Source: Mobula birostris
Lineage: Eukaryota
DNA: 64,000 nucleotides
Assembly: GCF_030028105.1 (NCBI RefSeq)
Contig: NC_092377.1
Location: 99,578,865-99,642,864, forward strand
Direction: 5' to 3'
The position numbers and the translations under genes were made by a program. Under the pieces are notes generated by a model. The model was not told the origin of the DNA, did no database searches, and worked only from the letters and a program-made list of their open reading frames with translations. Positions 50,203 to 63,420 of this stretch are shown here, piece after piece (position 1 is the stretch's first letter; each line of letters begins with the position of its first letter).

Positions 50203-51711
50203 CTCTGTTATCAAGGTCATGTTAAGCTCTCTTTCCCAATCTTGCTTAATCTTAAATAGAGGATAATTATCCTGTTGTAATAGTAAATTATAAATTTTCC
50301 CAATAAAACCTTTCACTAAAGGGTTCATTTTTAAGATAATGTCTAACAGGTCAGAATCTTGTATATATGGAAAATTACTTAAATATTCTTGTAAAAAATG
50401 TCTGACCTGAAGATATTGCAAAAAGTGTGAGTGTGAGAGAGAGTATTTAGTTACTAATTTCTCAAAGGACATCAATCAGCCTTCTTGAATCAAATCCATA
50501 AACGAATAAATTCCTTTATTCCTCCAAAGAGAAAAGGCAGGATCACTAAGTGAAGGTTTAAATAAATAGTTTTGATAAATTAAACTAAGAAGGTTAAATT
50601 TTTTAAGATTAAAAAACTTATGAAACTGGTACCAAATTCGTAATGACTGCTTAATCATAGGAATTATATTTAAAATAGAAATTTTGGCTAGTTGTACAGG
50701 TGAAGAAGCTCCTAATAACGAACTTAAGTAAAATATTTTTTCACAGCTTTCAATTCCAAATCAACACATGGTGGTCATTCATTTTTATAGGTCCAATATA
50801 ACCAAGGACACACATAGTGTATATTAACCACCCAATAATACATTCTTAAATTAGGCAAAGCAAGACTTCCATCCTTTTTTAATTTTTGTAAATGACATTT
50901 TCCAATTCTTGATCTTTTATTATTCCAAACAAAAGATGAAATGAGCTTCTTGTCAAGCCTGGAGGGAATTACGGTGTTGGATGCTGAACTGTAGTCCAAG
51001 AACAGCATTCTCACATAAGCATCCTTCTTCTCCAGATGCATAAGGATGGTGTGTAGAGCTGAGTCCATTGCGTCATCTGTCGATTGATAGGCAAAATGTA
51101 GATGGTCCATTGTGGGTGGTAGCGTGCTGCAGATGTAGTCCTTGACCAGCCTCTCAAAGCATTTGCTTATTATTGAGGTGAGTGTGACCGGACGCCAGTC
51201 ATTCAGACATGTTACACTGGTCGTTTTAGGGACTGAAACAATAGCAGGAAGGCACTCTACACTGCGAGGGGGAGAGATTAAAAATGTCTGTAAACACACC
51301 TGCCAGTTGTGCCACGCACATCCTGAGTACCCACCGTGGGATGCCGTCCGATGCCGTAGCCTTATGACTGTCCACTCGTTGGAAACACCTGCATACTTCA
51401 TCCTTAGAGATGACCAAGCTGCAGATCGCATCAACTGTAGGTCTCCTCAGGGGCTCAGTGTTGGAAGCATCGAATGGAGGGGAGAAAAGATTTAGCTCAT
51501 CTGGGAGAGAGGCAGCAATGCTGGAACTCCACTTCATTTAGCTATGAAGTCTGCGATGGTGTGTAGACCTTGCCATAAGCTGCATATATTGTTGGTGGAA
51601 AGTTGTGTCTGGATCATGTCCCAAACCCATCTGTTTACTCCTATCTACTTTTCCAAATATCATTTGGATGTTGTGATTGTGACTGCCTCAACCATTTCCT
51701 CTGGCAGCTTG

Positions 51712-52965
51712 CGTCATGGTCTGGTCCATGAAGTCTGCATTCCAGTTCACGGTCCGGTCCGTGGACTCAGGACTCCGGGTCTTCCAGCTGTCCCTTGTTT
51801 AAGTTAATCATAGGCACCTAATTCCCATCTTTGGGCTTGCAATATAAGTAGCCTTGGGACTGAGTGTGGGCTGCTGGTTTGTCTTGTCAGTCCCCCTTGG
51901 AGCAACCTGCTGATGAAACCATTTGTGATCTCTAGGCCTGGTTGGAGGACCACTGCTTCATGAAGCCTTGTTGCCATTTGTTGGAGTAGTCTTTGCGATA
52001 TGGATTCGGCTGTTTCCTGGGCCAGCTGAGTGGCTGCCAGCCACTCTGAGCTAGGTAGGGATCTGGCTGTTTCTGTAATCAGATGAGGTTGCTGGCTGAA
52101 CTGAGACTTGGAGCTACCCTGGGGCAGAGATGGAACTGTCTGTTGTTCTTTGGTGTTCGTCTCTTCTTGTCCTCGCCTCCATGGGCTAAGTCAGGCGGTC
52201 TTGCTGTTGCCCTGCGGGGGGTCATGTCTTGTCTTATCTTGTCCTCGCCTACGTGGGGTACATCAGGCCGTCTTGCTGTTGCCCTGTGGGGAGACCTGTC
52301 TTGTCATGTCCTTGCCTCTGTTGGGTAAATCCAGCCGTTCTGCTGTTACCTGACGGAGAGACCTGTCCCACCTTGGTGTGGAGATGAAGTTGAGTCCTGG
52401 CTTGTCATAGGGTAAGTCCCAGCTCTATGTCTATGTTCTGTTCTGTCTCATGTTAGTAATATGTTAAAGCTGAGTCCTGGCTTGTCGAAGGATAAGTCCT
52501 GGCTCTATGTTGATGTTCAGTTCCCAGTCTGTCTCTCAGCTCCAGCCTCCGAGTTATCAGCCTCCGCATTTCAAGACGAAGATCCCGCAGCCAAGCTCGA
52601 AGACCCCAAGCCTCGAAGATCCCTCAGCCAAGACCCAAGATCCCAAGCCTCGAGGATCCCAAGCCAAGCTCAAGACCCAAGACCCCAAGCCTCGAGGATC
52701 CCAAGCCAAGCTCAAGACCCAAGACCCCAAGCCAAGCTCAAGACCCAAGACCCCAAGCCTCGAGGATCCCAAGCCAAGCTCAAGACCCAAGACCCCAAGC
52801 CTCGAGGATCCCAAGCCAAGCTCAAGACCCAAGACCCCAGGCCTTGAGGATCCTAAGCCAAGCTCAAGCCCCAAGACCCCAAGCCTCAGGGATCCCAAAC
52901 CAAGCTCAAGACCCAAGACCCCAAGCTTCGACGATCCCAAGCCAAGCTCAAGACCCAAGACCATG
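51712..52965 (+). mobile_element. LTR-like element related to 18713-20017, 3'-truncated
   Basis: Shared 5' end gtcatggtctggtcc.tgaagtctg.attccagttca; no closing TGACA seen. Confidence 0.65.
52580..52962 (+). repeat. 42-bp tandem repeat (about 9 units)
   Basis: Unit CAAGACCCAAGACCCCAAGCCTCGAGGATCCCAAGCCAAGCT. Confidence 0.92.
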
Positions 52966-53633
52966 GTCGAGCGGTTGGCAACCATACCGTAGGTTGTATA
53001 CAGATATATACAGCACAGAAATAGGCCCTTTGGTCCAACTCATCCATGTCGACCAAGCTGCACCCAATTGCCTTCAATTAGGCTGTTTCACTCCAAATCT
53101 TTCCCCTCCATGTACCTGCTCAGACATATTTTAAATATTGTGAATATACCTACCTCTACAGCTTCTTCCACATATCCTTCTGTGGGAAATGTTGTCCCTC
53201 AGGTCCCTTAAAATCTCTGTCCTCTCACAATATCTATGCCCTTTACACTTAAACGTTCCTCTATTTTGGGTGGGGGGGGTAAGACAGATAGTCCACCTTA
53301 TTAATATCTTTCATGATTATATAAACCTGTACAAAGTCTTTATACTCCAGGGAAAAGTCCCAGTCTGTTTATAACTCAAGCCCTCTCCATATAACTCCAG
53401 CCCCAGGGATATCCTTGTGAATATTTTCTACTCCCTTTCCAGCTTAAATAACTTATTTCCTGTGGCTCTGTGACTAAAACTGCACATAGACCACAAGAAG
53501 TCTCAGGAATATTTTGTGCAGAGTAGCACACCGTCCGTCACTGCCTCCACCCCTCTCCGCACTGCCCGTCACTCTGTCTCCTCCCTCTCCCTCCCTCTCT
53601 CTCTACGTTTCTCGGACAGGTCGGGGCGCTGTG

Positions 53634-53640
53634 TATAAAA
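53634..53640 (+). promoter_or_regulatory. H4 TATA box
   Basis: TATAAAA 55 nt upstream of the ATG, preceded by a caggtc H4-type element. Confidence 0.8.
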
Positions 53641-53685
53641 GGTGACACCAGCACACAGTTTGTTACTGAACAACGACTGGAGTGA

Positions 53686-54006
<321 letters not shown>

Positions 54007-54038
54007 GGAACTCTTCGTTCTTCCAAACACAAAACAAA

Positions 54039-54054
54039 GGCTCTTCTAAGAGCC
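54039..54054 (+). terminator. Histone 3' stem-loop (H4)
   Basis: GGCTCT-TCTA-AGAGCC, followed by a ggagagagcag HDE-like element. Confidence 0.93.
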
Positions 54055-55046
54055 GCCCACCGCCTCACGGAGAGAGCAGTGACCGGGGAGAGCAGGTCCC
54101 ATACCATTAACTCTTTGCTATGCGATTAAATTTAAAACACAGGGACGAAATTGTCAGGTGATTACTGATAATTACACCACGGGATTAAAATCACTCCAAA
54201 CAGAATGAACGGTATCGGGTCATGAAGAGCGCCGATGTTAGATTAAGTGTTCGGTGATTAATATCCAATCTCTTATGGTGAGCGCAATAACCCAATCAGA
54301 GAGCGGCAAGAGAAGCACCGGAAGTACCTCTGTTCCCAGTATGACCTGAAATTTGAAAAGCCCGCCGAAAAGGTTATTTATTGAACCCTAGTCTACAAAA
54401 ATAAGCATTGACCCATTAATTAGCTCAAGATTTATTTTACAGTAACAGCCTAAGTATTATTTAGCTCAGCAGTTTGAATGTTTCTGGTCATTTAGTTGAC
54501 GTCTGGTCAAACGCCGATCCGGTTTATATTCGCGGTCGGCTGGTGTATAAACGTCACTGGTCTCTCTCAAACTGCGGTCTCAGGCGAGTTTGCAACGTGA
54601 AAAAGAAGTTGTTCTCTGAAAGAACGGGAATTCCAGTGTCTGCAGACTGATGTGTCCCCGTGAACCACTTATGGGCTCGACTAGAAATGGGACTCGAAGG
54701 CTACGTTTATTAAAGCTCATTCCCCGTAACAGTAACAACCACAAAACCCTGGAAACCTTCCCCAAAAACAACCTGCTGTTCACGGCAGGGGTCTGGGGAC
54801 AGAGACCCTGACGGCGAGGGAGAAGTTTATCTCTGGTGTTCGCACTGCCGTTAACCCAACGGCACAGAACTGCTGATTCTCAGTGTTGGTGGGTCCGGCC
54901 GTGTTGGAGTCTGTAACAAACCGGGATGAATCATTGAACAATATTACACAAAACACCCACAGGGGAGGATCAGAGGAAATTGGCGTGTCGTAAACACAAA
55001 AGGTGAATGAATAGGAAATGACAGCCCTTTCCACTGCTGAGTTAGT

Positions 55047-55062
55047 GGCTCTTAAAAGAGCC
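55047..55062 (-). terminator. Histone 3' stem-loop (H3)
   Basis: GGCTCTTTTAAGAGCC on minus, followed by ggaaagggctg. Confidence 0.93.
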
Positions 55063-55091
55063 TTTTGTTGTGCTTGGTGCCGAGGCCGGAT

Positions 55092-55508
<417 letters not shown>

Positions 55509-56338
55509 TCAACGGTCCGAGTACAGTCGCGAATACCGGGATTAGAATGTCGGCGCCTACTCGGGGACCGGCTTTTAATTGCTGATGAAAAGCTGCCTTT
55601 TCCCCTCTGGTTGTATATTAGATACCATTACAGGGCCCAGGCGTTGCGATTGGCTACGTTTTCTTCATCAATTTGACGTTGGCCGGTGGGTGGGAGGTCT
55701 GGTGGGGGCGCTGGGGAATATTACCAAATACGGAAACTAGTGACTGGGGTCAGAATTCAGCCAATCAGACTGCAGTGAGTGCGGTTCAATTTCAAAATCG
55801 CCCGCCAATTTCAAGAGCTACTGGATTTCTCACAATAAATAGAATCATTTATTATTAAATCTCACCTCTATTTAAATAATCGATTAGCTCAATCTGAAAA
55901 TGTGTATATTTACTGAACAGCTTCTTGAGGTGAGTGAATTCAGTACTGCCAGAAGCGGGAAGGACAGGCAGAGAGGATTGAGATTGGTTTTAATTGCCTG
56001 CACTTACTGAATGATTGTGAGAGTGGGAGAAACAGAACCGCAAAAGGTCTTCAGAGGGATCACAGAAATCTACACTGAACTGAAATGCTGCTCAATATGT
56101 CTACAAAAACATTCATTAAAAACAAATAATTCAATTCTTTATTCGTTCCCGCTACGAACTGCTGCTCAATGGGAACCGATAGCTGCTGTCTCCTTTTGTC
56201 CTGGCCAGCCCGAGCGAGAGAGATGCAGAGAGAGAAGTAGAGAGACAGTGTCAGCATCATAGAGCCTCTCATCTTTCAGCTCCCTCCCAACTTTACTACA
56301 ACCGCCAGTTTCCCAGCTCTTTCCTGGGAGATGTGGGT

Positions 56339-56486
56339 GGCTCTTAGAAGAGCTGTTGGTTTCAGGTCTTTACAAGTTGCAATTTTTATTTACTTTTTGG
56401 GCCGATATATTGGCGTTCACAGATTCTGCCTTCGACTTGGGTTTTCCAAGCTCCTTGGCCACCTTCGGCTTCGGGGTTACGATCTT
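56339..56486 (-). pseudogene. H1: Linker histone H1 C-terminal relic with stem-loop, cut off by a CR1 insertion
   Basis: Minus strand reads KIVTPKPKVAKELGKPKSKAESV..SA then (frameshift) KK*; stem-loop AGCTCTTCTAAGAGCC at 56339-56354; HDE GGAAAGAGCTG. Confidence 0.7.
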
Positions 56487-57841
56487 AGAAACATAGAAAA
56501 CCTACAGCACAATACAGGCCTTTCGGCCTACCAAGTGTGTGCCACACATGTCCTTCCTTACCTTAGAAACACCTAAGCTTACCCGTAGCCCTCTATTTTG
56601 CTAAGGTCCGTGTACCTATCCAGGAGTCTCTTAAAAAACCTATTGTTTCCGCCTCCACCACCGTTGCCGGCAGCCCATTCCACGCACTCACCAATCTCTA
56701 TGTAAAAAAACTTACCCTTGACATCTCCTCTGTACCTACTTACAAGCACCTTAAAACTGTGCCCTCTCGTGCTAGCTTTTTCAACCCGGGGAAAAAGCCT
56801 CTGACTATCCACAAGATTAATGCCTCTTATCATCTTATACACCTCTACCAGGTCACATCTCATCCTCCGTTGCTCCGAGGAGAAAAGGCCGAGTTCATTC
56901 AACCTATTCTCATAAGGCATGTTCCCCAATCCAGGCAACATTCTTGTAGATCTCCTCTGCACCCTTTCTATAGTTTCCACATCCTTCCTGTAGTGAGGCG
57001 ACCAGAACGGAGCACAGTACTCCAAGTGGGGTCTGACCAGGGTCCTATATAGCTGCAACATTACCTCTTGGCTCCTAAATTCAATCCCATGGTTGATGAA
57101 GGCCAATGCACCGTATGCCTTCTTAACCACAGGGTCAACCTGCACAGCAGCGTTGAGTGTCCTATGGACTCGGACCCCAAGATCCCTCTGATCCTCCACA
57201 CTGCCAAGAGTCTTACCATTAATACTATATTCTGCCATCATATTTGACCTACCAAAATGAACCACCTCACACTTATCTGGGTTGAATTTCATCTGCCACT
57301 TCTCAGCCCAGGTCTGCATCCTATCAATATCCCACTGTAACCTCTGACACCCCTCCACACTATCCACAACACCCCCAACCTTTGTGTCATCAGCAAATTT
57401 ACTAACCCATCCCTCTACTTCCTCATCCAGGTCATTTATAAAAATCACGAAGAGTAGGGGTCCCAGAACAGATCCTTGAGGCACACCACTGGTCACTGGC
57501 CTCCATGCAGAATATGACCCATCTACAACCACTCTTTGCCTTCTGTGAGCAAGCCAGTTCTGGATCCACAAAGCAATGTCCCCTTGGATCCCATGCCTCC
57601 TTACTTTCTCAATAAGCCTTGCATGGTTTACCTTATCAAATGCCTTGCTAAAATCCATATACACTATATATATGGCTCTACCTTCATCAATGTGCATAGT
57701 CATCCTCAAAAAATTCAATCAGGCTCATAAGGCACGATCTGCCTTTGACAAAGCCATGCTGACTATTCCTAATCATAAGCAACACACATAAAAGTTGCTG
57801 GTGAACGCAGCAGGCAGGCAGCATCTCTAGGAAGAGGTACA

Positions 57842-57873
57842 GTCGATGTTTCGGGCTGAGACCCTTCGTCAGG
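57842..57873 (-). ncRNA. Hammerhead-like motif in PLE tail
   Basis: cctgacgaagggtctcagcccgaaacatcgac: CUGAnGA..stem..GAAA. Confidence 0.6.
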
Positions 57874-59286
57874 ACTAACTGAAAGAAGAGCTAGTAAGAG
57901 ATTTGAAAGTGGGAGGGGGAGGGGGAGATGTGAAATGATAGGAGAAGACAGGAGGGGAGGGATGGAGCCAAGAGCTGGACAGGTGACTGGCAAAAGGGAT
58001 ATGAGAGGATCATGGGACAGGAGGCCCAGGGAGAAAGAAAAGAGGCAAGGGGGGAAACCCAGAGGATGGGCTAGTGGCATAGTCAGAGGGACCGAGGGAG
58101 AAAAAGGAGAAAGAGAGAAAAAGAATATGTGTATATAAATAAATAACGGATGGGGTACGGGGGGAGGTGGGGCATTAGTGGAAGTTTGAGAAGTCAATGT
58201 TCATGCCATCAGGTGGAGGCTGCCCAGATGGAATATAAGGTGTCGTTCCTCCAGCCTGAGTGTAGCTTCATCTTTACAGTAGAGGAGGATGGACATATCA
58301 GAATGGAAATGGGACGTGGAATTAAAATGTGTGGCCACTGGGAGATCCTGCTTTCTCTGGCGGACAGAGCGTAGGTGTTCAGCAAAACGATCTCCCAGTC
58401 TGCGTCGGGTCTCGCCAATATATAGAAGGCCGCATCGGGAGAACCGGATGCAGTATATCACCCCAACCGACTCACAGGTGAAGTGTCACCTCACCTGGAA
58501 GGACTGTCTGGGGCCCTGAATGGTAGCGAGGGGGGAAGTGTAAGGGCATGTGTAGCCCTTGTTCCGCTTACAAGGATAAGTGCCAGGAGGGAGATCAGTG
58601 GGGAGGGATGGGGGGAACGAATGGACAAGGGAGTCGAGTAACGAGCGATCCCTGCAGAAAGCAGAGAGAGGAGGGAGGGAAAGATGTGCTTTAGTGGTGG
58701 GATCCCGTTGGAGGTGGTGGAATTTACGGAGAATTATATGTTGGACCCAGAGGCTGGTGGGGTGGTAGGTGAGGACAAGGGGAACCCTATTCCTATTGGG
58801 GTGGCGGGAGGATGGAGTGAGAGCAGATGTGCATGAAATGGGGGAGATGCGTTTGACAGCAGAGTTGATGGTGGAGGAAGGGAAGCCCCTTTCTTTAAAA
58901 AAGGAGGACATCTCCTTCATCCTGGAATGAAAACCCTCATCCTGAGAGCGGATGCGGTGGAGACGGAGGAATTGCGAGAAGAAGATCTCACTCCATCCTC
59001 CCGCCACCCCACTAGGAATAGTTATTTATTTATATACACATATTCTTTTTCTCTCTCTCCTTTTTCTCCCTCTGTCCCTCTCAGTATACCCCTTGCCCAT
59101 CCTCTGTGCTTCCTCCCCTCCCCCTTTTCTTTCTCTCTAGGCCACCTGTCCCAAGATCCTCTCATATCCCTTTTGCCAATCAACTGTCCAGCTCTTGACT
59201 CCATCCCTCCCCCTCCTGTCTGTCCTATCATTTTTGATCTCCCCCTCCCCCTTTCAAATCTCTTACTAGCTCTTCTTTCAGTTAGT

Positions 59287-59318
59287 CCTGATGAAGGGAC
59301 TCGGCCCGAAACATCGAC
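59287..59318 (+). ncRNA. Hammerhead-like motif in PLE tail
   Basis: cctgatgaagggactcggcccgaaacatcgac. Confidence 0.6.
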
Positions 59319-59492
59319 TGTACCTCTTCCTAGAGATGCTACCTGGCCTGCTACGTTCACCAGCAACTTTTATGTGTGTTGCTTGAAATTCCAGCATCTG
59401 CAGATTTCCTCGTGTTTGCGTATTCCTAATCATATTTTGCTTCTCCAAATGTTCATAAATCCTCCCTCTCAGGATCTTCTCCATCAACTTAC

Positions 59493-59892
59493 TGTTATGT
59501 ACCCCATAACTGGGTTGCCAAACCAGCAGAAATGGATCACTCAGTTGGAGTCTGGATTACTAGATCTAAGAAAGTTTTATTTAAGAAACAAGCAACACAG
59601 TAATCGAAAGGATAATAAATGCAACAGTTCAGCAATGATAAACACACATGTGCACAGAATTAAGATAACAGGATCAATCAGGCTCTATCGTCGTCTAGGG
59701 GTAAATGACCAGTTTTTAAAGTGACGCAAAGTTCAGTTCAGCTCACGGTAATTCCTGCCGTGGGAGAGGGAGAGAGAGAGAGTGCGAAATGAATATTCAA
59801 AACTCAGATTCCCAAACAGACCTTCGATATTGCTCACAAGCAGCTTTCGGGCGAGCCCTTTGTAGTGTCTTCTGAGGTCACCGACTGTGACC
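59493..59892 (-). mobile_element. Truncated LTR related to 34653-35599
   Basis: Minus end ..ctggtt..gttatggggtacataaca resembles the 3' end of the 34653 LTR; the other end is deleted. Confidence 0.7.
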
Positions 59893-61039
59893 CCTCATCT
59901 TTTCCCCCCGTATTGTCTTTTTAGTTATCTTCTGTTGCCCCTTAAAAGTCTCCCAATCCTCTGGCTTCCCGCTCATCCTTGCTATGTTATACTTCCTCTC
60001 TTTTATTTTTATACTGTCCTTGACTTCCCTTGTCATCCACAGTCGCCCCTTATTCCCCTTAGAATTTTTCTTCCTCTTTGGAATGAACTGATCCTGCACC
60101 TTCTGTATTATTCCCAGAAATACCTGCCATTGTTGTTCCACTGTCATCCCTGCTAGGGTATCTTTCCTGCAAACTTTGGCCAGCTCCTCCCTCATGGGTC
60201 CATAGTCCCCTTTGTTCAACTGTAATACTGACACTTTTGATTTTCCCTTCTCCCTCTCAAATTGTAGATTAAAACTTATCATATTATGGTCACTACCTCC
60301 TAATGGCTCCTTCACCTCAAGTTCCCTTATCAAATCTGGTTCATTGCACAACACTAAATCTAGAATTGCATTCTCCCTGGTAGGCTCTAATACAAGCTTC
60401 TCTAAGAATCCATCTCTGAGGCACTCCACAAACTCCCTTTCTTGGGGTCCAGTACTAACCTGATTTTCCCAGTCTACCTGCATGTTGAAATCCCCCTTAA
60501 CAACCATAGAATTACCTTTGCAACATGCCAATTTTAACTCTTGATTTAACTTGCACCCTATATCCAGGCTACTGTTTGGGGGCCTGTAGACAACTCCCTT
60601 CAGGGTCTTTTTGCCCTTACAGTCTCTCAGTTCTATCCATACTGACTCTACATCTCCTGATTCTATGTCCCCCCTTGCAAGTGACTGAATTTCATTCCTC
60701 ACCAACAGAGCCACCCCACCCCCCCCTCTGCCAACCTGTCTGTCCTTCCGATAGGATGTATTTCCCTGAATATTAATTTCCCAGCACTGGTCCTCTTGCA
60801 GCCATATCTCTGTTATTCCCACAACATCATACTTGCCAATTTCCAACTGAGCCTCAAGCTCATCCACTTTATTTCTTATAATCGGTGTATTCATATATAA
60901 TACTTTTAATCCTCTTAAAATAATACTCTAACTCCCCTCACCTTTCACGTCGATTCCTAATGCACTTGGCCATACTCTCCGATCCCTTCCTGAGCTTTCT
61001 GCCCCTTTAATTCTGTTGTCTTTCTTTAACACCCCTCGG

Positions 61040-61360
61040 TTACTGCACCAATGTAGAGGAGGCTGCATTAATTGCACCGGATATAATAGACAACCCTAGT
61101 AGATTCATGGGTGAAGTGTTGCCTTCCCTGGAAGGATTGTTTTGTGTTCTAAATGGAGATGAGAGAGGAGGTAAATGGGCAGGTATACCATTTATGCCGC
61201 TTGTAGGGATAAATGCCGGGAGGGAGATTAGTGGGGAGGGACGAATAGACAAGGGAATCACAGAGGAAGTGATCCCCGTGGAAAGCAGAAGGTGGTGGGG
61301 AAGTAAAGATGCATTTACTAGGAGCATCCCTCTTGGAAATGGTGAAAGTTGCAGAGAATG
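61040..61360 (-). mobile_element. Degenerate PLE fragment
   Basis: LPPGIYPYKRHKWYTCPFTSSL, homologous to the PLE linker. Confidence 0.7.
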
Positions 61361-61439
61361 ATATAGTTTTAAACACAGTTCATTTATTTCCAGTGATAAC
61401 CGCTTAAATCCAAACAACAATCTACAAACACATAGAAAA

Positions 61440-63052
61440 TTCAGATGATTTCTATCTTAAACATTTCTATTATAAAATCTCTTTTATCCTCCTATATATG
61501 GAAAAATAAACGTTCTCATTTAAATAAAGTTCATCTTCAAAAACCTAAAAAGTCTGGAGGTTTAGCCTTACCTAAGTTTAGGTTTTATTACTGGGCAGTT
61601 AATATATGATGTCTTACATTTTGGCTATATTATATTAATCATGTAGACTGTCCGGTATGGGTTTCTTTAGAAGCTAACTCTATTAATAAATTTTCTATTA
61701 TTTCTCTTCTGGATCCTCACTTCCTTTATTTGCAAGTAAACTAACTGATAATTTAACAGTTAAACATACTCTGAGGATCTGGATACAATTTAGAAAACAG
61801 TTTGGTTTATTGAGATTTTCCCTTTCTAGTCCCATTTATTCTAATATTTTAAACCCGCCATGACTGATTTAGTTTTTAAAGAATGGAACAGGTTGGGTAT
61901 TAAATGTTTTTGGGATCTGTTTGTTGGATGACATCTTTTCTCATTTGAGCAATTGTCAGCTCAGTATAACTTACCTAAAACTCACTTTTTTAGATATCTA
62001 CAAATCAGAGACTTTCTATGATCTCAATTATGCACATTTCCTATAAGCTCAGACAAGAATTTACTAGACGTAATTTTTAATTTGACATCTTTTCATAATG
62101 GTTCAATATCTAATATTTATGGCATGTTATTGGAGATGAGGAATGTTCCTTTAGACAAAATTAAGAACCTCTGGGAACAAGATTTACAGACATCAATATC
62201 TGAGGAAACTTGGAATGAAATTTTTAAACTGGTTAATACTTCATTGCTATGTGCTCGCTATTCCCTCATACAATTTAAGGTGGTATATAGAGTCCATATG
62301 ACTAAAGATAAGCTATCTTGTTTTTATTCAGATATATCTCCCTACTGTGACAGATGTAATAATGGAGAAGCTTCATTAATTCTTATGTTTTGGACTTCTT
62401 CGTGTCTGGAAAAATATTGGAAGGAAGTTTTTCAAACTTTTACTTTACTTTTCAAAGTCAATTTTAAGCCTAATCCTCTGACGGCTGTATTCGGTATTGT
62501 TGCAGGGCAAGATATCAAGCTGAAGACATCTGATTTACATATTTTGGCCTTTAGCTCTCTTATAGCTAGGAGGGTGCTTTTGTTTAAATGGAAAGATGTT
62601 TTTCCTCCTACTCATGCTCAATAGTTATGTGACGTTATGTCATGCTTAGATTTAGAGAAGATTCATTGTTCAATTTTTGAATCTTGTCAAGACTTTCAAA
62701 CATTGTGGGGACCTTTTCTGAATTATTTTCAAAACTTTCAAAACCCTCAATTCGTTGTTTAAATTCAGATGATGGCTATTATTAATTTTTAATTATACGA
62801 GAAGGTATTTTACCTTTTTTCTCCTTAATAAACAGCTTCAGTCTTGGTAGGGGTTAGACTCTTATTTTGTAATAAATTAGTATATTTCAATATAACTATT
62901 GACTAACTTACATGAATACAGGGTAATGAGATTGTTATTATGAATAGAAATAATGTAATTGGTAGTTTTTTAAATTTTTTTGACCTTTTATATATACTTT
63001 CTTGTACTCTGTATTCTTCTATGTAGAAACTAATAAAAATATTGAAAAGAAA
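61440..63052 (+). mobile_element. L1-clade LINE 3' portion, degenerate
   Basis: GGLALPKFRFYYWAVNI, KIKNLWEQDL, IQFKVVYR, CDRC..MFW; AT-rich 3' UTR, AATAAA and A-rich tail. Confidence 0.85.
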
Positions 63053-63167
63053 CATTTCCCAATTCTCACAGAGGATTCCTATCTTATCTTGAATTATTAA
63101 ATTATTATCTTGAATTTTGAAACATCATACAACATTTGCAAATTACAGACATTTCTAAAGCACAAAA

Positions 63168-63420
63168 CACAAAATAATCTGCAGATGCTGGGGTCAAAGC
63201 AACACTCACAACATGCTGGAGGAACTCAGCAGGTTGGGCAGCATCCATGGAAAAGATTGGTTGATGTTTCCGGCCGGAACCCTTCATCAGGACTGTAGAG
63301 AGAAGGGGCAGCCCTTCCCTCTACAGTCCTGATGAAGGGTTCTGGCCCAAAACATCGACCGATCTTTTCCACGGATGCTGCCCGACCTGCTGAGTTCCTC
63401 CAGCGTGTTGTGAGCGTTGC
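63168..63420. mobile_element. 253-bp fold-back mini-PLE with two divergent hammerhead-like motifs (63260-63291 -, 63328-63359 +)
   Basis: Near-perfect palindrome centred at about 63310; 14-bp TSD TCTAAAGCACAAAA at 63154-63167 and 63421-63434. Confidence 0.88.

Larger units (their letters stand above)
46681..50941 (-). mobile_element. L1-clade LINE 3' portion (46681-47571 and 50203-50941)
   Basis: FVWNNKRSRI..GSLALPNLRMYYW, KIKQDWEREL, THMFWSC; (AAAATG)n tail; TSD TGAGCTTCTTGT at 46669-46680 and 50942-50953. Confidence 0.88.
45645..51612 (-). mobile_element. Rex1/Babar-like LINE (45645-46680 and 50942-51612) hosting nested elements
   Basis: RT motifs continue across the L1 insertion (..PSRLDKKL|RDL..TGAPQGCVVSSLLYSLYTHDC..KFADNT). 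Confidence 0.85.
57778..59420. mobile_element. PLE with inverted termini and GIY-YIG remnant
   Basis: Same family as 1-1614; 14-bp TSD TATTCCTAATCATA at 57764-57777 and 59421-59434. Confidence 0.9.
56487..61030 (-). mobile_element. CR1 LINE in pieces (56487-57777, 59421-59492, about 59893-61030)
   Basis: RT ORF 56579-57718 (GVPQGSVLGP, KFADDTK); APE ORF 59878-60894. Confidence 0.9.

Noticed and set aside
52461-52992. Overlapping P/K/S-rich repetitive ORFs on both strands
   Set aside because: They arise from a 42-bp (multiple of 3) tandem repeat inside an LTR-like element; no gene structure
54780-55091. 240-aa H3 with a long C-terminal extension
   Set aside because: Read-through artefact: the stop codon is hidden in the N run and the stem-loop sits at 55047-55062
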